From Gemmatimonadota bacterium (GTDB lineage Bacteria; Gemmatimonadota; Gemmatimonadetes; Longimicrobiales; Gaopeijiaceae), in contig SHZS01000003.1 of the NCBI GenBank assembly GCA_009692105.1, positions 5,136 to 69,135 on the forward strand: DNA of 64,000 nt, written 5' to 3'. The notes beneath the pieces were generated by a model that had not been told where the DNA came from, ran no database searches, and was given only the letters and a program-made list of their open reading frames with translations. Shown in pieces: positions 10,250 to 19,495 of this stretch. The stretch's first letter is position 1; each line of letters begins with the position of its first letter. Both the position numbers and the translations under genes were made by a program.

Positions 10250-11574
10250 ATCCGATCGTGAATGTGCCATTGCTCCCACGCATCACCGTTCCTCCTCCGG
10301 GCCCCGCCTCACGGGCAATGGCGGCCCGCCTGGCGCGGGTAGAGTCGCGGAACGTCACCTACCTCGCCGACGACTTTCCCGTCTTCTGGTCACGCGGGGA
10401 GGGGGCCACCGTCGAGGACGCCGACGGGAACATCTTTCTCGATCTGACCGGGGCGTTTGGCGTCGTGCTCGCCGGCCATGGTCATCCGCGGATCGTAGAA
10501 GCCATCCAGCGACAGGCTGCGGTGCTGGCGCACGGAATGGGAGACGTCCATCCCCCGGTGCGGAAGCTCGAGCTCCTCGAGCGCCTCTCGTCGCTGATGC
10601 CGTGGAAGGAGGCCCGAGGGATCCTCGCCTCGTCGGGCTCGGAGGCCGTCGAGATCGCGCTCAAGGCCGCACTACTGGCCACGGGTCGGAGTGGGATCGT
10701 CGCGTTCGGCGGCGGTTACCACGGGCTCACTGTGGGGGCGCTTTCGGTGACTTCACGGAAGGACTTCCGCGCACCGTTCGCCGACCGGCTCTTCCAGAAG
10801 GTGCGCTTCGTCCCCTTCCCTGACCCCCTTCGCGACGGAGCCGAGGCGGCGCCCCGGTCCCTCCGAGCGCTGGACGATGCGATCGGCAAGCTCGAGGCGG
10901 AGGGGAGCCCAGCGGGCTGCGTGATCGTGGAGCCCATTCAGGGAAGGGGCGGGGTCCGGATCCCCCCTCCTGGCTTCCTCGCCGACGTCGCGCGAAGGAC
11001 CCGGCGCGGAGGAGCCCTGCTCGTCTTGGATGAGATCTTCACCGGCCTAGGACGAACGGGGTCCCTCTTCGCCTTCCAGGAAGAAGGGGTCGTGCCGGAC
11101 GTCCTGTGTCTCGGAAAAGGACTTGGAGGCGGGCTTCCCTTGAGCGCGTGCTTCGCGTCCCGTGAGGTGATGGACGCGTGGCCCACCTCCAGGGGAGAGG
11201 CCCTTCACACCTCCACCTTCTTGGGCCACCCCCTCGCGTGCTCGGCGAGCCTCGCCCTCCTCGACGTGCTCGAATCCGAGGGGCTGGTGGAGCGGGCAAG
11301 AAAGGAAGGGGCTTGGCTCTGCGGCAGGCTCCGCGAGGCGCTTCGAGGTCTTCCAGACGTGCGGGAGGTCCGCGGGAGAGGGCTCCTGGCCGGCATCGTC
11401 CTCGCGTCCGACGGAGCCGGCGCTGGCGCCGCGGTCCGTGCACTCCGAGAGGGACTTATCGTTCTCCCCGCCGGGGAGCAGTCGAACGTAGTCGAGCTCG
11501 CTCCTCCGCTCACGATCGCGCGGGCGCAGCTCGAATGGGCAGTAGGAGCGCTTGTTCGAACGCTTACCTGTTAA
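10246..11574 (+). CDS. Class III PLP-dependent aminotransferase (substrate not assignable)
   Basis: 442 aa with DEIFTGLGRTGSLFAF and LGKGLGGGLPLSA (PLP-Lys region). TTG start overlaps the ligA stop by 4 nt. Confidence 0.85.
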   Translation: MNPIVNVPLLPRITVPPPGPASRAMAARLARVESRNVTYLADDFPVFWSRGEGATVEDADGNIFLDLTGAFGVVLAGHGHPRIVEAIQRQAAVLAHGMGDVHPPVRKLELLERLSSLMPWKEARGILASSGSEAVEIALKAALLATGRSGIVAFGGGYHGLTVGALSVTSRKDFRAPFADRLFQKVRFVPFPDPLRDGAEAAPRSLRALDDAIGKLEAEGSPAGCVIVEPIQGRGGVRIPPPGFLADVARRTRRGGALLVLDEIFTGLGRTGSLFAFQEEGVVPDVLCLGKGLGGGLPLSACFASREVMDAWPTSRGEALHTSTFLGHPLACSASLALLDVLESEGLVERARKEGAWLCGRLREALRGLPDVREVRGRGLLAGIVLASDGAGAGAAVRALREGLIVLPAGEQSNVVELAPPLTIARAQLEWAVGALVRTLTC

Positions 11575-12362
11575 GCCGTGATCTCCTCTCCACCGTCCAC
11601 GTTGATCACGTTCCCCGTGACCCAATGGGTGAGGGGAGAGCAGAGAGCGACGGTCGCGGCGGCAACGTCATCGGGGGTCGTGAGGCGCCCGGAAGGATTC
11701 CTTGCCAGGGCCCCTGCGAGCAACGTCTCGTTCCCCGGGATCTTCCTGAGCGCCGGGGTATCCGTCACGCCACCCCGTAGCGCGTTCACCGTGATTCCTC
11801 GGGGAGCCAGCTCATACGCCAGCTGGCGGCAATGCGATTCGAGCGCCGCCTTCGCACCCGACACGGGTCCGTACGAAGGGATGACCCGGTTCGAGCCCGA
11901 GGACGTCATCGCGAAGATCCGGCCGTCCTTCCTCATGAGATCGCGGGCCAGAATCGCCCGGGTCCAATCGACGAGCGAGTGAGCCATCACGCGCAGCGTC
12001 ATGTCCATTTGCGCAGGCGTGACCGCGTCCTCGCCGACGTACGGTCGGAGGGTGCCGAAGGCAAGGGAGTGCATGAGCACCCCGATGTCCTCCCCCTTCT
12101 CCATGAGGGGGACCATTTCGTCCAGCGTGGCCTCCATCCGTTCCGGGTCGGCAGCGTTGATATTGAAGAAGTGAGCTTTCCGGCCGGACGCGCGGAGCTC
12201 CTCCACGAGCTCCTCCACCCTCTTCAGGCCCGCCCGACGGTCGAGATGCACGCCGAAGACGTGGTAACCAGCCTTAGCGAGCGCTCTCGCGCACGCCTCC
12301 CCGAAGCCGCTCGAGGCGCCGAGTACGAGTGCCCAGCGACCGCCTGTGGCGGACGGGGTCAT
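11571..12362 (-). CDS. Short-chain dehydrogenase/reductase (enoyl-reductase-like SDR)
   Basis: 263 aa with Rossmann motif LVLGASSGFGEA and YxxxK (YGPVSGAK). Its stop overlaps the stop of the convergent aminotransferase. Confidence 0.8.
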   Translation of the reverse strand: MTPSATGGRWALVLGASSGFGEACARALAKAGYHVFGVHLDRRAGLKRVEELVEELRASGRKAHFFNINAADPERMEATLDEMVPLMEKGEDIGVLMHSLAFGTLRPYVGEDAVTPAQMDMTLRVMAHSLVDWTRAILARDLMRKDGRIFAMTSSGSNRVIPSYGPVSGAKAALESHCRQLAYELAPRGITVNALRGGVTDTPALRKIPGNETLLAGALARNPSGRLTTPDDVAAATVALCSPLTHWVTGNVINVDGGEEITA

Positions 12363-12586
12363 GCGGAACCCTCCATCATCTCCCCCAAGTATACCTACTC
12401 ATCGGGATGGCTCTCTCGGACGCCCCGCCGCCAGAAATCGTCGACCGCGGATGGGTTCGAGAGCCGGCAGACCGGGAGAAGATAGAAGGCCCTCGAGCAG
12501 GGGGAAACCGCCGCGCCGGAGGTTGCGGCGTCCACCGTGCATCGCACCTCTCGGGATCCAGAGGCCGGGAGCGGCAAGAGAGACCC

Positions 12587-13354
12587 ATGAGACGAGGACG
12601 CCACATCTCCGCTCTCCTCCGATCCGGTCTGCCGATCGTGGTATTCGCGCTCGCTCCGGCGCTCCACGCCCAGCTCCCAGCGACCCAATCCCCGATGCCT
12701 TCTTCTGCGCAGATTCCCGTCCTGCTCGTTCCGGGCTGGGGAGACGACGCGGACGATCTGGCCGCCCTGCGCGCCCGGCTCGTCGAGGCCGGGTGGACCC
12801 CATACTCTGTTTCCGCGCTCAGCTTCGAGAACTCCGTAGGGAGCAACGGGGTGCATGCCGATGAGGTCGGACGCGCCGTGGAGGCGCTGGGACATGTTAC
12901 CGCGTCGCCCCAGGTGGATATCGTGGCGCATTCCATGGGAGGGCTCGCCGTAAGGAGCTACCTCCTGACCAACCCCGGGGACGTCCGTGTGCGTCGGGTA
13001 GTGTTCCTCGCCACCCCCCACCGGGGCACGGTCACCGCAGCTATCGCGTGGGGCGACGGGGGCCGCGAGCTATTTCCCGGGAGCCAGTTCCTTGCGCAGC
13101 TGAACGAGGGCCGGCCTAGGAGCGACGTCGAAATGCTCTCCGTGAGAACGCCCCTGGACATGCGGGTGGTTCCGGGGTCCTCAGCCATGCTCCCGGATGC
13201 CTACAACATCGAGATCTGCTGCCCATCCCACCGGGGCCTGCTGGATGATTCGGAGACCTTCGATGAGGTACGCCTCTTCCTTCTATACGGATCGAAGTGG
13301 ATCACCCTTATCGACTCGACGATCCCACTCGGGTCAGCGCCTCGGAACCCGTAG
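12587..13354 (+). CDS. Secreted alpha/beta-hydrolase, lipase-like
   Basis: Signal peptide MRRGRHISALLRSGLPIVVFALAPALHAQ and nucleophile elbow AHSMGG. I placed the start at ATG 12587 rather than the track start 12329. The stop is TAG. Confidence 0.75.
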   Translation: MRRGRHISALLRSGLPIVVFALAPALHAQLPATQSPMPSSAQIPVLLVPGWGDDADDLAALRARLVEAGWTPYSVSALSFENSVGSNGVHADEVGRAVEALGHVTASPQVDIVAHSMGGLAVRSYLLTNPGDVRVRRVVFLATPHRGTVTAAIAWGDGGRELFPGSQFLAQLNEGRPRSDVEMLSVRTPLDMRVVPGSSAMLPDAYNIEICCPSHRGLLDDSETFDEVRLFLLYGSKWITLIDSTIPLGSAPRNP

Positions 13355-13411
13355 CGCGTGAAGCGAGGTCCGCCTATAATCCACCCTCCCTTGGTTCCCA
13401 AGGCATCGTGC

Positions 13412-13484
13412 GCCCCCATCGTCTAGTGGCCTAGGACATCTGGTTCTCAGCCAGGAAACCGGGGTTCGATTCCCCGTGGGGGTA
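13412..13484 (+). tRNA. tRNA-Glu (anticodon CUC)
   Basis: Folded by hand: acceptor GCCCCCA/TGGGGGT, anticodon stem TCTGG/CCAGG, loop TTCTCAG, T-arm CGGGG-TTCGATT-CCCCG. CCA is not encoded. Confidence 0.9.
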
Positions 13485-13559
13485 TGCCTTCCCAGGGGCT
13501 CCCGCGCTCGATCTTCGGTTAGTGGGCAGGGGCGTTCGCTGGGAGGGATTCGGAAGGTC

Positions 13560-13632
13560 GGTCGCTTAGCTCAGCTGGTAGAGCACCACGTTCACATCGT
13601 GGGGGTCGCTGGTTCGAGTCCAGCAGCGACCA
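13560..13632 (+). tRNA. tRNA-Val (anticodon CAC)
   Basis: Folded by hand: acceptor GGTCGCT/AGCGACC, D-arm GCTC-AGCTGGTA-GAGC, anticodon stem CCACG/CGTGG, loop TTCACAT, T-arm GCTGG-TTCGAGT-CCAGC. Confidence 0.9.
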
Positions 13633-13719
13633 TCCCTCCGCACGCCGGGGGTCAGAAGAAGTGCAGGGAGCCAAGGCCAACTTGGCAGATCCCTGCGGCA
13701 CCTGCCGGAGGGAGGGCTC

Positions 13720-14337
13720 GTGTTCAGCAAGAAATCGATTTTGTTCGCTAGCGCTGTGGGGGTGGTGGCCGGGGCCCTCGGGTTCGGGCTCGTTCGCTTC
13801 GCGCTACTCCCCCCCGTCGAGCACGTACATTTCCACGCGAACTGGGCGGTCTGGCTGAACGGGGAGCGGGTCGACTTCTCCGCCGATCGATACATGGAGG
13901 AAGTGTCCGCGTGCGCCACCGACGTGGAGATGACCGGACCCGCTCGGGTCCACCTCCACGAGAACAACCCGGACGTGGTCCACGTCCACGATGATGGCGT
14001 GACGTGGGGACACCTCCTACAGAACCTCGGCTGGGCAATCGGGCCCGACTGGATCCTGACGGACCAGTTTCAGCTCTTCAAAGCGGGTGACGGCGCTCAC
14101 CTCACCTTCATCATGGGCGGGATGAACGTCTTCCCGGCCTACGACCGCCTCATCCGCCCAGGGGACCGCCTTCTGATCTCGTTCGGATCGGAGCCTGTGG
14201 AGGAACTGATTGGGGATCGCTTCCCGACGGTCGCCAACAACGCGCCCGAGTACGATGTAAGCTTCGACCCCGCGGGATGCTCGGGGCAGGCGCCGGAGAC
14301 TCTCGGCGAACGGTTTCGCCGCGCGTTCTGGATGTGA
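13720..14337 (+). CDS. Membrane-anchored hypothetical protein with three HxH motifs
   Basis: 205 aa with an N-terminal TM segment (ILFASAVGVVAGALGFGLV) followed by HVHFH, VHLHE and VVHVHDD. I recognise no family. Confidence 0.6.
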   Translation: MFSKKSILFASAVGVVAGALGFGLVRFALLPPVEHVHFHANWAVWLNGERVDFSADRYMEEVSACATDVEMTGPARVHLHENNPDVVHVHDDGVTWGHLLQNLGWAIGPDWILTDQFQLFKAGDGAHLTFIMGGMNVFPAYDRLIRPGDRLLISFGSEPVEELIGDRFPTVANNAPEYDVSFDPAGCSGQAPETLGERFRRAFWM

Positions 14338-14344
14338 GGCGTCG

Positions 14345-14363
14345 CCGGCGAGGCAATCGCCGG
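14345..14363. terminator. Hairpin between convergent genes (possible bidirectional terminator)
   Basis: CCGGCGA-ggcaa-TCGCCGG, a 7-bp stem with a 5-nt loop, lies in the 36-nt gap between stops at 14337 (+) and 14374 (-). There is no clear U-tract. Confidence 0.3.
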
Positions 14364-14373
14364 GCAACACGTC

Positions 14374-15441
14374 TCAATCCCCAAATGAAATCCCAAGCTG
14401 GCGCGCCGTGGTCACCACGTCGCCGTCGCGCGGAACCACCTTCAGGGTGGCAATGGCCTCCTTAAGCGGCACCGCCAGGATCTCACTAGGAGCGAGCGCG
14501 ACCATGCAGCCAAACTTCCCGCGCGCCACTAGATCCACCGCCGCGGCCCCGAACCGGAGGGCGAGGAGTCGATCGTAAGCCGTGGGCTGACCGCCCCTCT
14601 GGAGGTGCCCAAGTACGAGGTTACGGCTCTCGAATCCGGTGAGCCGGAACAGCTCGTCTGCAACCCGCTCGCCCATGCCGTGGTACCGCGCGCCCCTCCC
14701 CAGATGGCTGGACGAGGTCACGGGCTCATCCTCCCCCTCCGGGCTGGCGCCCTCAGCGACCACGACCACGGCGTAAGCGGGACCCCTCTCATACTTTGCA
14801 CGGATGGACTCGGCGAGCGAATCCCACCGGAAGGGGATCTCCGGGATGAGGATGACGTCCGCCGAGCCGGAGATTCCCGCGAAGAGCGCGATCCAGCCCG
14901 TGTGACGCCCCATGAGCTCGACCACCATGATGCGTTCGTGGGAGCGCGCCGTGGAGTGCAGCTTGTCGATGGCGTCCGTCGCAGTCTGCACGGCCGTGTG
15001 GAAGCCGAACGTGACTTGGGTAGCGGCGAGATCGTTGTCGATCGTCTTGGGCACGCCCACGACCGGGAGCCCGCGATCCGAGAGCTGGGAGGCGATATGG
15101 AGGGACCCGTCGCCCCCGATGGCGACGAGGGCATTCAGCCCCCGATCGCGGAACGCAGCGAGCACCTCGTCCGAGCGGTCCGCCACCTCCACCGAGCCGT
15201 CTGGGAGAGGCCTCGGCCATGCGAGGGGGTTCCCCCGGTTGGTAGTCCCAAGGATCGTCCCGCCCAGATGGGTGATCCCCTCCACCGAGCTCCGGTCGAG
15301 ACGCACAACCCCATCCCCGGCGAGGAGCCCGTCGTACCCGCGCTCGATTCCGAAGACCTCCCAGCCCTGGTTGATGGCCGAGAGCACGACGGATCGGATC
15401 ACCGCGTTCAGCCCCGGCGCGTCGCCGCCGCCCGTGTTCAC
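14374..15441 (-). CDS. pfkA: 6-phosphofructokinase (ATP-dependent type)
   Basis: NTGGGDAPGLNAVIR, IGGDGS, PKTIDNDL and ELMGRHTGW. GGDG rather than GGDD favours ATP over PPi. GTG start. Confidence 0.9.
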   Translation of the reverse strand: MNTGGGDAPGLNAVIRSVVLSAINQGWEVFGIERGYDGLLAGDGVVRLDRSSVEGITHLGGTILGTTNRGNPLAWPRPLPDGSVEVADRSDEVLAAFRDRGLNALVAIGGDGSLHIASQLSDRGLPVVGVPKTIDNDLAATQVTFGFHTAVQTATDAIDKLHSTARSHERIMVVELMGRHTGWIALFAGISGSADVILIPEIPFRWDSLAESIRAKYERGPAYAVVVVAEGASPEGEDEPVTSSSHLGRGARYHGMGERVADELFRLTGFESRNLVLGHLQRGGQPTAYDRLLALRFGAAAVDLVARGKFGCMVALAPSEILAVPLKEAIATLKVVPRDGDVVTTARQLGISFGD

Positions 15442-15467
15442 GGCCAGGCGGAACGGGGGGGCCGGCG

Positions 15468-17432
15468 TCAGAAGCTCCGCCAGTCTTCTCTGAGGATCCG
15501 CTGGTAGACCTCGGAGTCGATCAGGAGCTGCACGACATCCGCATCCAGCTGTCCACCCTTCGACTCCATCTCGAGAATCGAGATTGCCCGCTCGGAGGGG
15601 AGCGCCTTCTTGTAGGGACGGTCCGACGCCGTGAGGGCGTCGAAGATGTCGGAGACCGTCATCAGGCGAGTCTGGATCGGGATATCGAGGTCTCCGACCC
15701 CCCGGGGGTATCCAGTGCCGTCGAGCTTTTCGTGGTGCCCGTGCGCGATCTCGGCAACCCGGGAAAGGTCCTTGGTCCAGGGGATCTGACGGAGGAACTG
15801 GTAGGTCAGGGACACGTGCGACTCGATCTGTTGTCGCTCCGCCGGATCCAAGCTCCCCTTGGGGATCGAGAGGAAGTGGAGCTCGTCGAGAGTCAGGTAA
15901 TGCGCGAGGTTACCGGAAACGTCGGGAAATTGGCTGGCCGCGATCTCTCTCAGCACCCCACTAGCCTCTTCGGGAAGGACTCGGGGCTCGTTCGCCTCCC
16001 GCACCGCCAGCTGGTAGCGATCCACCCGCTGGAGACCCTCCTCGTACTCCTTCTTGATGTGCTTGACGAGACGCTTCGCCCCCTCCGGGCCGTGGGTCGT
16101 AACGAGGATAGCCCGACGTTCCTGGTAACCCACCTCGAGGGTGCGTCGAATGAGGTCGAAACGAGCCTCGATCCGCTCGATCATCACCGGGGGGAGCTTC
16201 TTCGACTTGACCAGTACGTGCTCGCGGACGCCAACCTTCCCGAAGTCGTGGAGGAGCCCCGCGTACCGGAGCTCCTTCATCTGCTCCCGGGAGAACCGGA
16301 TGTCCTTGTACGGCCCAGCGTCCGCCCGATCCACCATTTCGGCCAGGTCGCAGGTCAGAGTGGCCACCCGCACGGAGTGCCCCGACGTCGTCGGGTCCCG
16401 CTGATCGATGGCGGTGACGGCAGCCTTGATGAACCCCTCGAAGAGGTTCTCGATGTCCCGATAGAGCCGACCGTTCTCGATCGAGACGGCGGCCTGCCCG
16501 GCGAGGGACTGCACGACCTCGACGTCTCTCTCATCGTAGGGGAGGACAACCCGCCTGGCGTCCTCCTCCGTCCGCACGCGCGCCTCCGCATCTCGCTTCC
16601 GGTTGATGAGCTGGAGCACCCCCACCGTCCGGCCTCGATGATCCTTCATCGGGACCGCCAGCATGGACTTGGCCCGGTACCCGAAGACCTCGTCGAAGCT
16701 GCTGCGGTTGAAGGTGAACGGAACGCCTTCGGGAAGCTCGTACGCATCGCCGATCACCAGCGGCTCCCCGGTGCTTGCGGCGTATCCTGCGATGCTCTTC
16801 TCGTCGATGGGAAGGGTGAAGTCCGGAGCGGGCAGGTCCGGGATCGAATGGTTCTGAGCGAGCCGGAAATGGAGGCAGTCGGGCTCTCCGGCGCGTCCCG
16901 CCTCCACCAGATAGAGGCTCGCTGCGTCACTCACCGTGAGGCGGCGGGCCTGCGTGAGGATCAGGTCGAGGAGGCGGTCCGGATCCCGCTCGCTCATGAG
17001 CGCCATCCCGATCCGGTTCAGCTCACGGAGCTCGTCCCTTGCGTGCGATACGGCCCCTCGAGCCTCAGCCACCCCGTGGACCGCCACCGCGTGGTCGAGC
17101 GCCGCACGCAGGATCCGGAGCGCGACCTCCTCACTCCCCGCTCCCGCGAGGGAAAGGAAATGGCGCCCGGCCCCCTCGGCTGCCTTCGCGCTCCCACTGT
17201 CCAGGCTCACGACCGCCACACCCGCCGGGAGGGCGCGGAGTGCGCCGGCCCCCTCTCCGCTTCCGAGGAGACCCCCGTCCAACAAGAGCAGCGCGGGGAG
17301 CGTGCCGACCTCGACCTGGTCGAGCCTGGAGATCTCGCGGACCTCGAGGCGACTTCCCAGAGCCCGAGCGACTTCGGGGACCCGGCCGGCCGGCGCGAAG
17401 AGGATGGCGATCGGTGCGTCGGGCAGGGTCAT
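15468..17432 (-). CDS. GAF domain / HD-GYP domain protein with N-terminal receiver-like region (putative c-di-GMP phosphodiesterase)
   Basis: 654 aa with LLHDFGK and HHEKLDGTGYPRG (HD-GYP) plus a central GAF-like segment. The N-terminal ~130 aa are receiver-like (ALLLLDGG). Confidence 0.85.
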   Translation of the reverse strand: MTLPDAPIAILFAPAGRVPEVARALGSRLEVREISRLDQVEVGTLPALLLLDGGLLGSGEGAGALRALPAGVAVVSLDSGSAKAAEGAGRHFLSLAGAGSEEVALRILRAALDHAVAVHGVAEARGAVSHARDELRELNRIGMALMSERDPDRLLDLILTQARRLTVSDAASLYLVEAGRAGEPDCLHFRLAQNHSIPDLPAPDFTLPIDEKSIAGYAASTGEPLVIGDAYELPEGVPFTFNRSSFDEVFGYRAKSMLAVPMKDHRGRTVGVLQLINRKRDAEARVRTEEDARRVVLPYDERDVEVVQSLAGQAAVSIENGRLYRDIENLFEGFIKAAVTAIDQRDPTTSGHSVRVATLTCDLAEMVDRADAGPYKDIRFSREQMKELRYAGLLHDFGKVGVREHVLVKSKKLPPVMIERIEARFDLIRRTLEVGYQERRAILVTTHGPEGAKRLVKHIKKEYEEGLQRVDRYQLAVREANEPRVLPEEASGVLREIAASQFPDVSGNLAHYLTLDELHFLSIPKGSLDPAERQQIESHVSLTYQFLRQIPWTKDLSRVAEIAHGHHEKLDGTGYPRGVGDLDIPIQTRLMTVSDIFDALTASDRPYKKALPSERAISILEMESKGGQLDADVVQLLIDSEVYQRILREDWRSF

Positions 17433-17442
17433 GGCGGGGGCC

Positions 17443-18294
17443 TCATCGCCTTATCTCGATGTCCACCCCTTCCCGCGCGGCCTCTATCGACGGTCCGCCT
17501 TCACGTTCCGATCTCTCCTGGAACCCCTCGACGATCCGCCGGAGCTCGGTGTCCGTCCGCTCAGGCGCATGATGGAAGAAGAGGAGGTGGCGGACGCCGC
17601 ACTCTGCGGCAAGCTTGAAGGCCTGCTCGAAGGTCGAATGTCCCCACCCGTGACGCGCAGCGTACTCTTCCTCCGTATACATGGCGTCATGGACAAGGAG
17701 ATCCGCCCCTCCGAGAAAGGTCGCCAGATCCGCCCGCCACTCGGCCCCCCCTACCGGGAACGTTCCGCCCTCAAGCTCGTTGTCCGGGAGGTAGCAGACC
17801 GTCTGACCTCCTACCCGCACGCGGTATCCCACCGTATACGAGGGGTGCCGCATGCGGAAGGCGGCCACCTCGAAGTCATCCCCCTCCCACGTTCCCTCGT
17901 TCAGGTGAGTGAACGAGGTTCCCGCCGCGACTGCAGAGAACGGGATGGGGAAATAGACCGGTCCTATTTGGCCGGCAAAAAGGGTGCGGATATCGAGCTC
18001 TTCCTGCTCGGGACCCACGATCGAGAGATGGAAGCGCGGATCATAGAGCGGAGCGAAAAACGGGAAGCCTTGGATGTGGTCCCAATGGAAATGGGTGAGG
18101 AAGATCTGCGCCGCGGTGGGGCCGGGCCTCCCCCGCATGGGGGCACCCAGGAGCCTCAACCCAGTTCCGGCGTCGAAGATCATCTACCGCCCCGCTGCGC
18201 GGATCTCCAGGCAGGACGTGTTTCCTCCGAACTGGCTCGTGTCAGGCCCCGGCGTGGGAATGGACCCTCGGACCCCCCAGCAGCGGAGAGTCAC
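17443..18294 (-). pseudogene. MBL-fold metallo-hydrolase interrupted by an in-frame TAG (18184-18186)
   Basis: Track ORFs 18184..18396 and 17443..18183 share one frame. The joined protein reads VTLRCWGVRGSIPTPGPDTSQFGGNTSCLEIRAAGR*MIFDAGTGLRLLG...FLTHFHWDHIQGFPFF, a continuous MBL N-terminus. The likely start is GTG at 18294. Confidence 0.75.
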
Positions 18295-18480
18295 AGGGGG
18301 GACGGCAGCAGCTCCCTCGATTGACTCCAACGTAGCGCCTCCGGGGAGAGTGCCATGCACGTGCGGCCCGCCGAATGTACGAGCTCGCCGGACCACGGTC
18401 GAGAGTCTTCGGCTTTCCCCTCCGGTCGGCTCGCCCGTAGATTAGCTACCGCTCAAAGCCAGACCGGAGAACTGTGTAGC

Positions 18481-18780
18481 ATGGCAGCGACCGAGAAGAG
18501 CGTGCTCGACGCACTCAAGACCGTGAAGGACCCCGAGCTCAACCTGAACCTCGTCGTGCTCGGCTTGGTCTACGAGGTCACCGTCGAAGGGGCGCACGTG
18601 CACGCCAGGATCTCCCTTACGAGCCCGATGTGCCCGGCGGCGGAAGAGATCGTGCATATGGCGGAAAAAGCCATCCTGGGGGTCGAAGGGGTGGAGAGCG
18701 CGAAGGTGCAAATCACCTTCGACCCGCCCTGGACCCCGGAGCGGATCCCTCCACTAATCCGCTCATCCCTCGGACTCTGA
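18481..18780 (+). CDS. DUF59/MIP18-family Fe-S assembly protein (SufT-like)
   Basis: Starts MAATEKSVLDALKTVKDPELNLNLVVLGLVYEV and contains LTSPMCPAAEEI. I placed the start at ATG 18481 inside track ORF 18355..18780. Confidence 0.8.
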   Translation: MAATEKSVLDALKTVKDPELNLNLVVLGLVYEVTVEGAHVHARISLTSPMCPAAEEIVHMAEKAILGVEGVESAKVQITFDPPWTPERIPPLIRSSLGL

Positions 18781-19224
18781 GCGGAGATCCAGTCCGTCGA
18801 GGAAGTCCCGGAGCGGGCTGGCCATCTCTACGGCTCGAGAGGTGAGCATGCGGGCAACCGCGGCCAGCCGCGGCCGGCGGCCCTCGACGAGGTGCTCCAG
18901 TACGGCCCTCCCCACGCTTTGATCGGAGCTCTCGGCAGCCCCGTAATACGCCGCGTACCGGGCACCGACCCTCTGCTCGAAGACGGGGATCCGCGCCCTC
19001 GCGGTCCCGTTCGCGACCATATCCTCGAATACGGCTCGGTGGAGATGGTCCAGGACGTCCCGAATGGTGGAATCCGGAACGCGGCGAAAGAAGGACAGTT
19101 GCACGGCACGGGAATGGACCCACATATGGAAGATCATGAGCTCTTCGGCGGCAGTCTCCGAAGGAAGGCTCTCATCGACGGGAACCCCGAGTCGGGCGAG
19201 CATGGCCGACGTCTCCGGGTCCAC
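18763..19224 (-). CDS. Hypothetical protein (may extend upstream through an in-frame TAG to about 19356)
   Basis: 153-aa ORF with GC3-rich codons and no family I recognise. See the finding at 19228. Confidence 0.5.
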   Translation of the reverse strand: MDPETSAMLARLGVPVDESLPSETAAEELMIFHMWVHSRAVQLSFFRRVPDSTIRDVLDHLHRAVFEDMVANGTARARIPVFEQRVGARYAAYYGAAESSDQSVGRAVLEHLVEGRRPRLAAVARMLTSRAVEMASPLRDFLDGLDLRSESEG

Positions 19225-19495
19225 CAGCTAGTCCGAGAAGCTCTCCCAGACCAGTCGGGCGATATGCTCCCCCAGGTCACGGGAGGACATGCGCCCCGAT
19301 GGGAAGGGGTCGCTCATCTCGGCCCGGAGAGTGTCAAGGTCCAGGAATCGGCTCATCGGTCTCCATCCGGGGAACTTCCGCAGGCGCTCGGGACCTAATA
19401 CTTCACCGAAGCAACCGGGGATCAAGCTTGGAAAACAGCGTGGGCTCCGCAGTCGGTCGGGTCGGGTCGGGTCGAGGAACAGGGAGGGTCTTCGA

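Noticed and set aside
14374-15441. PPi-dependent phosphofructokinase.
   Set aside because: The diagnostic motif reads GGDGS rather than GGDD, which favours an ATP-dependent enzyme. Without an alignment this is only a lean.
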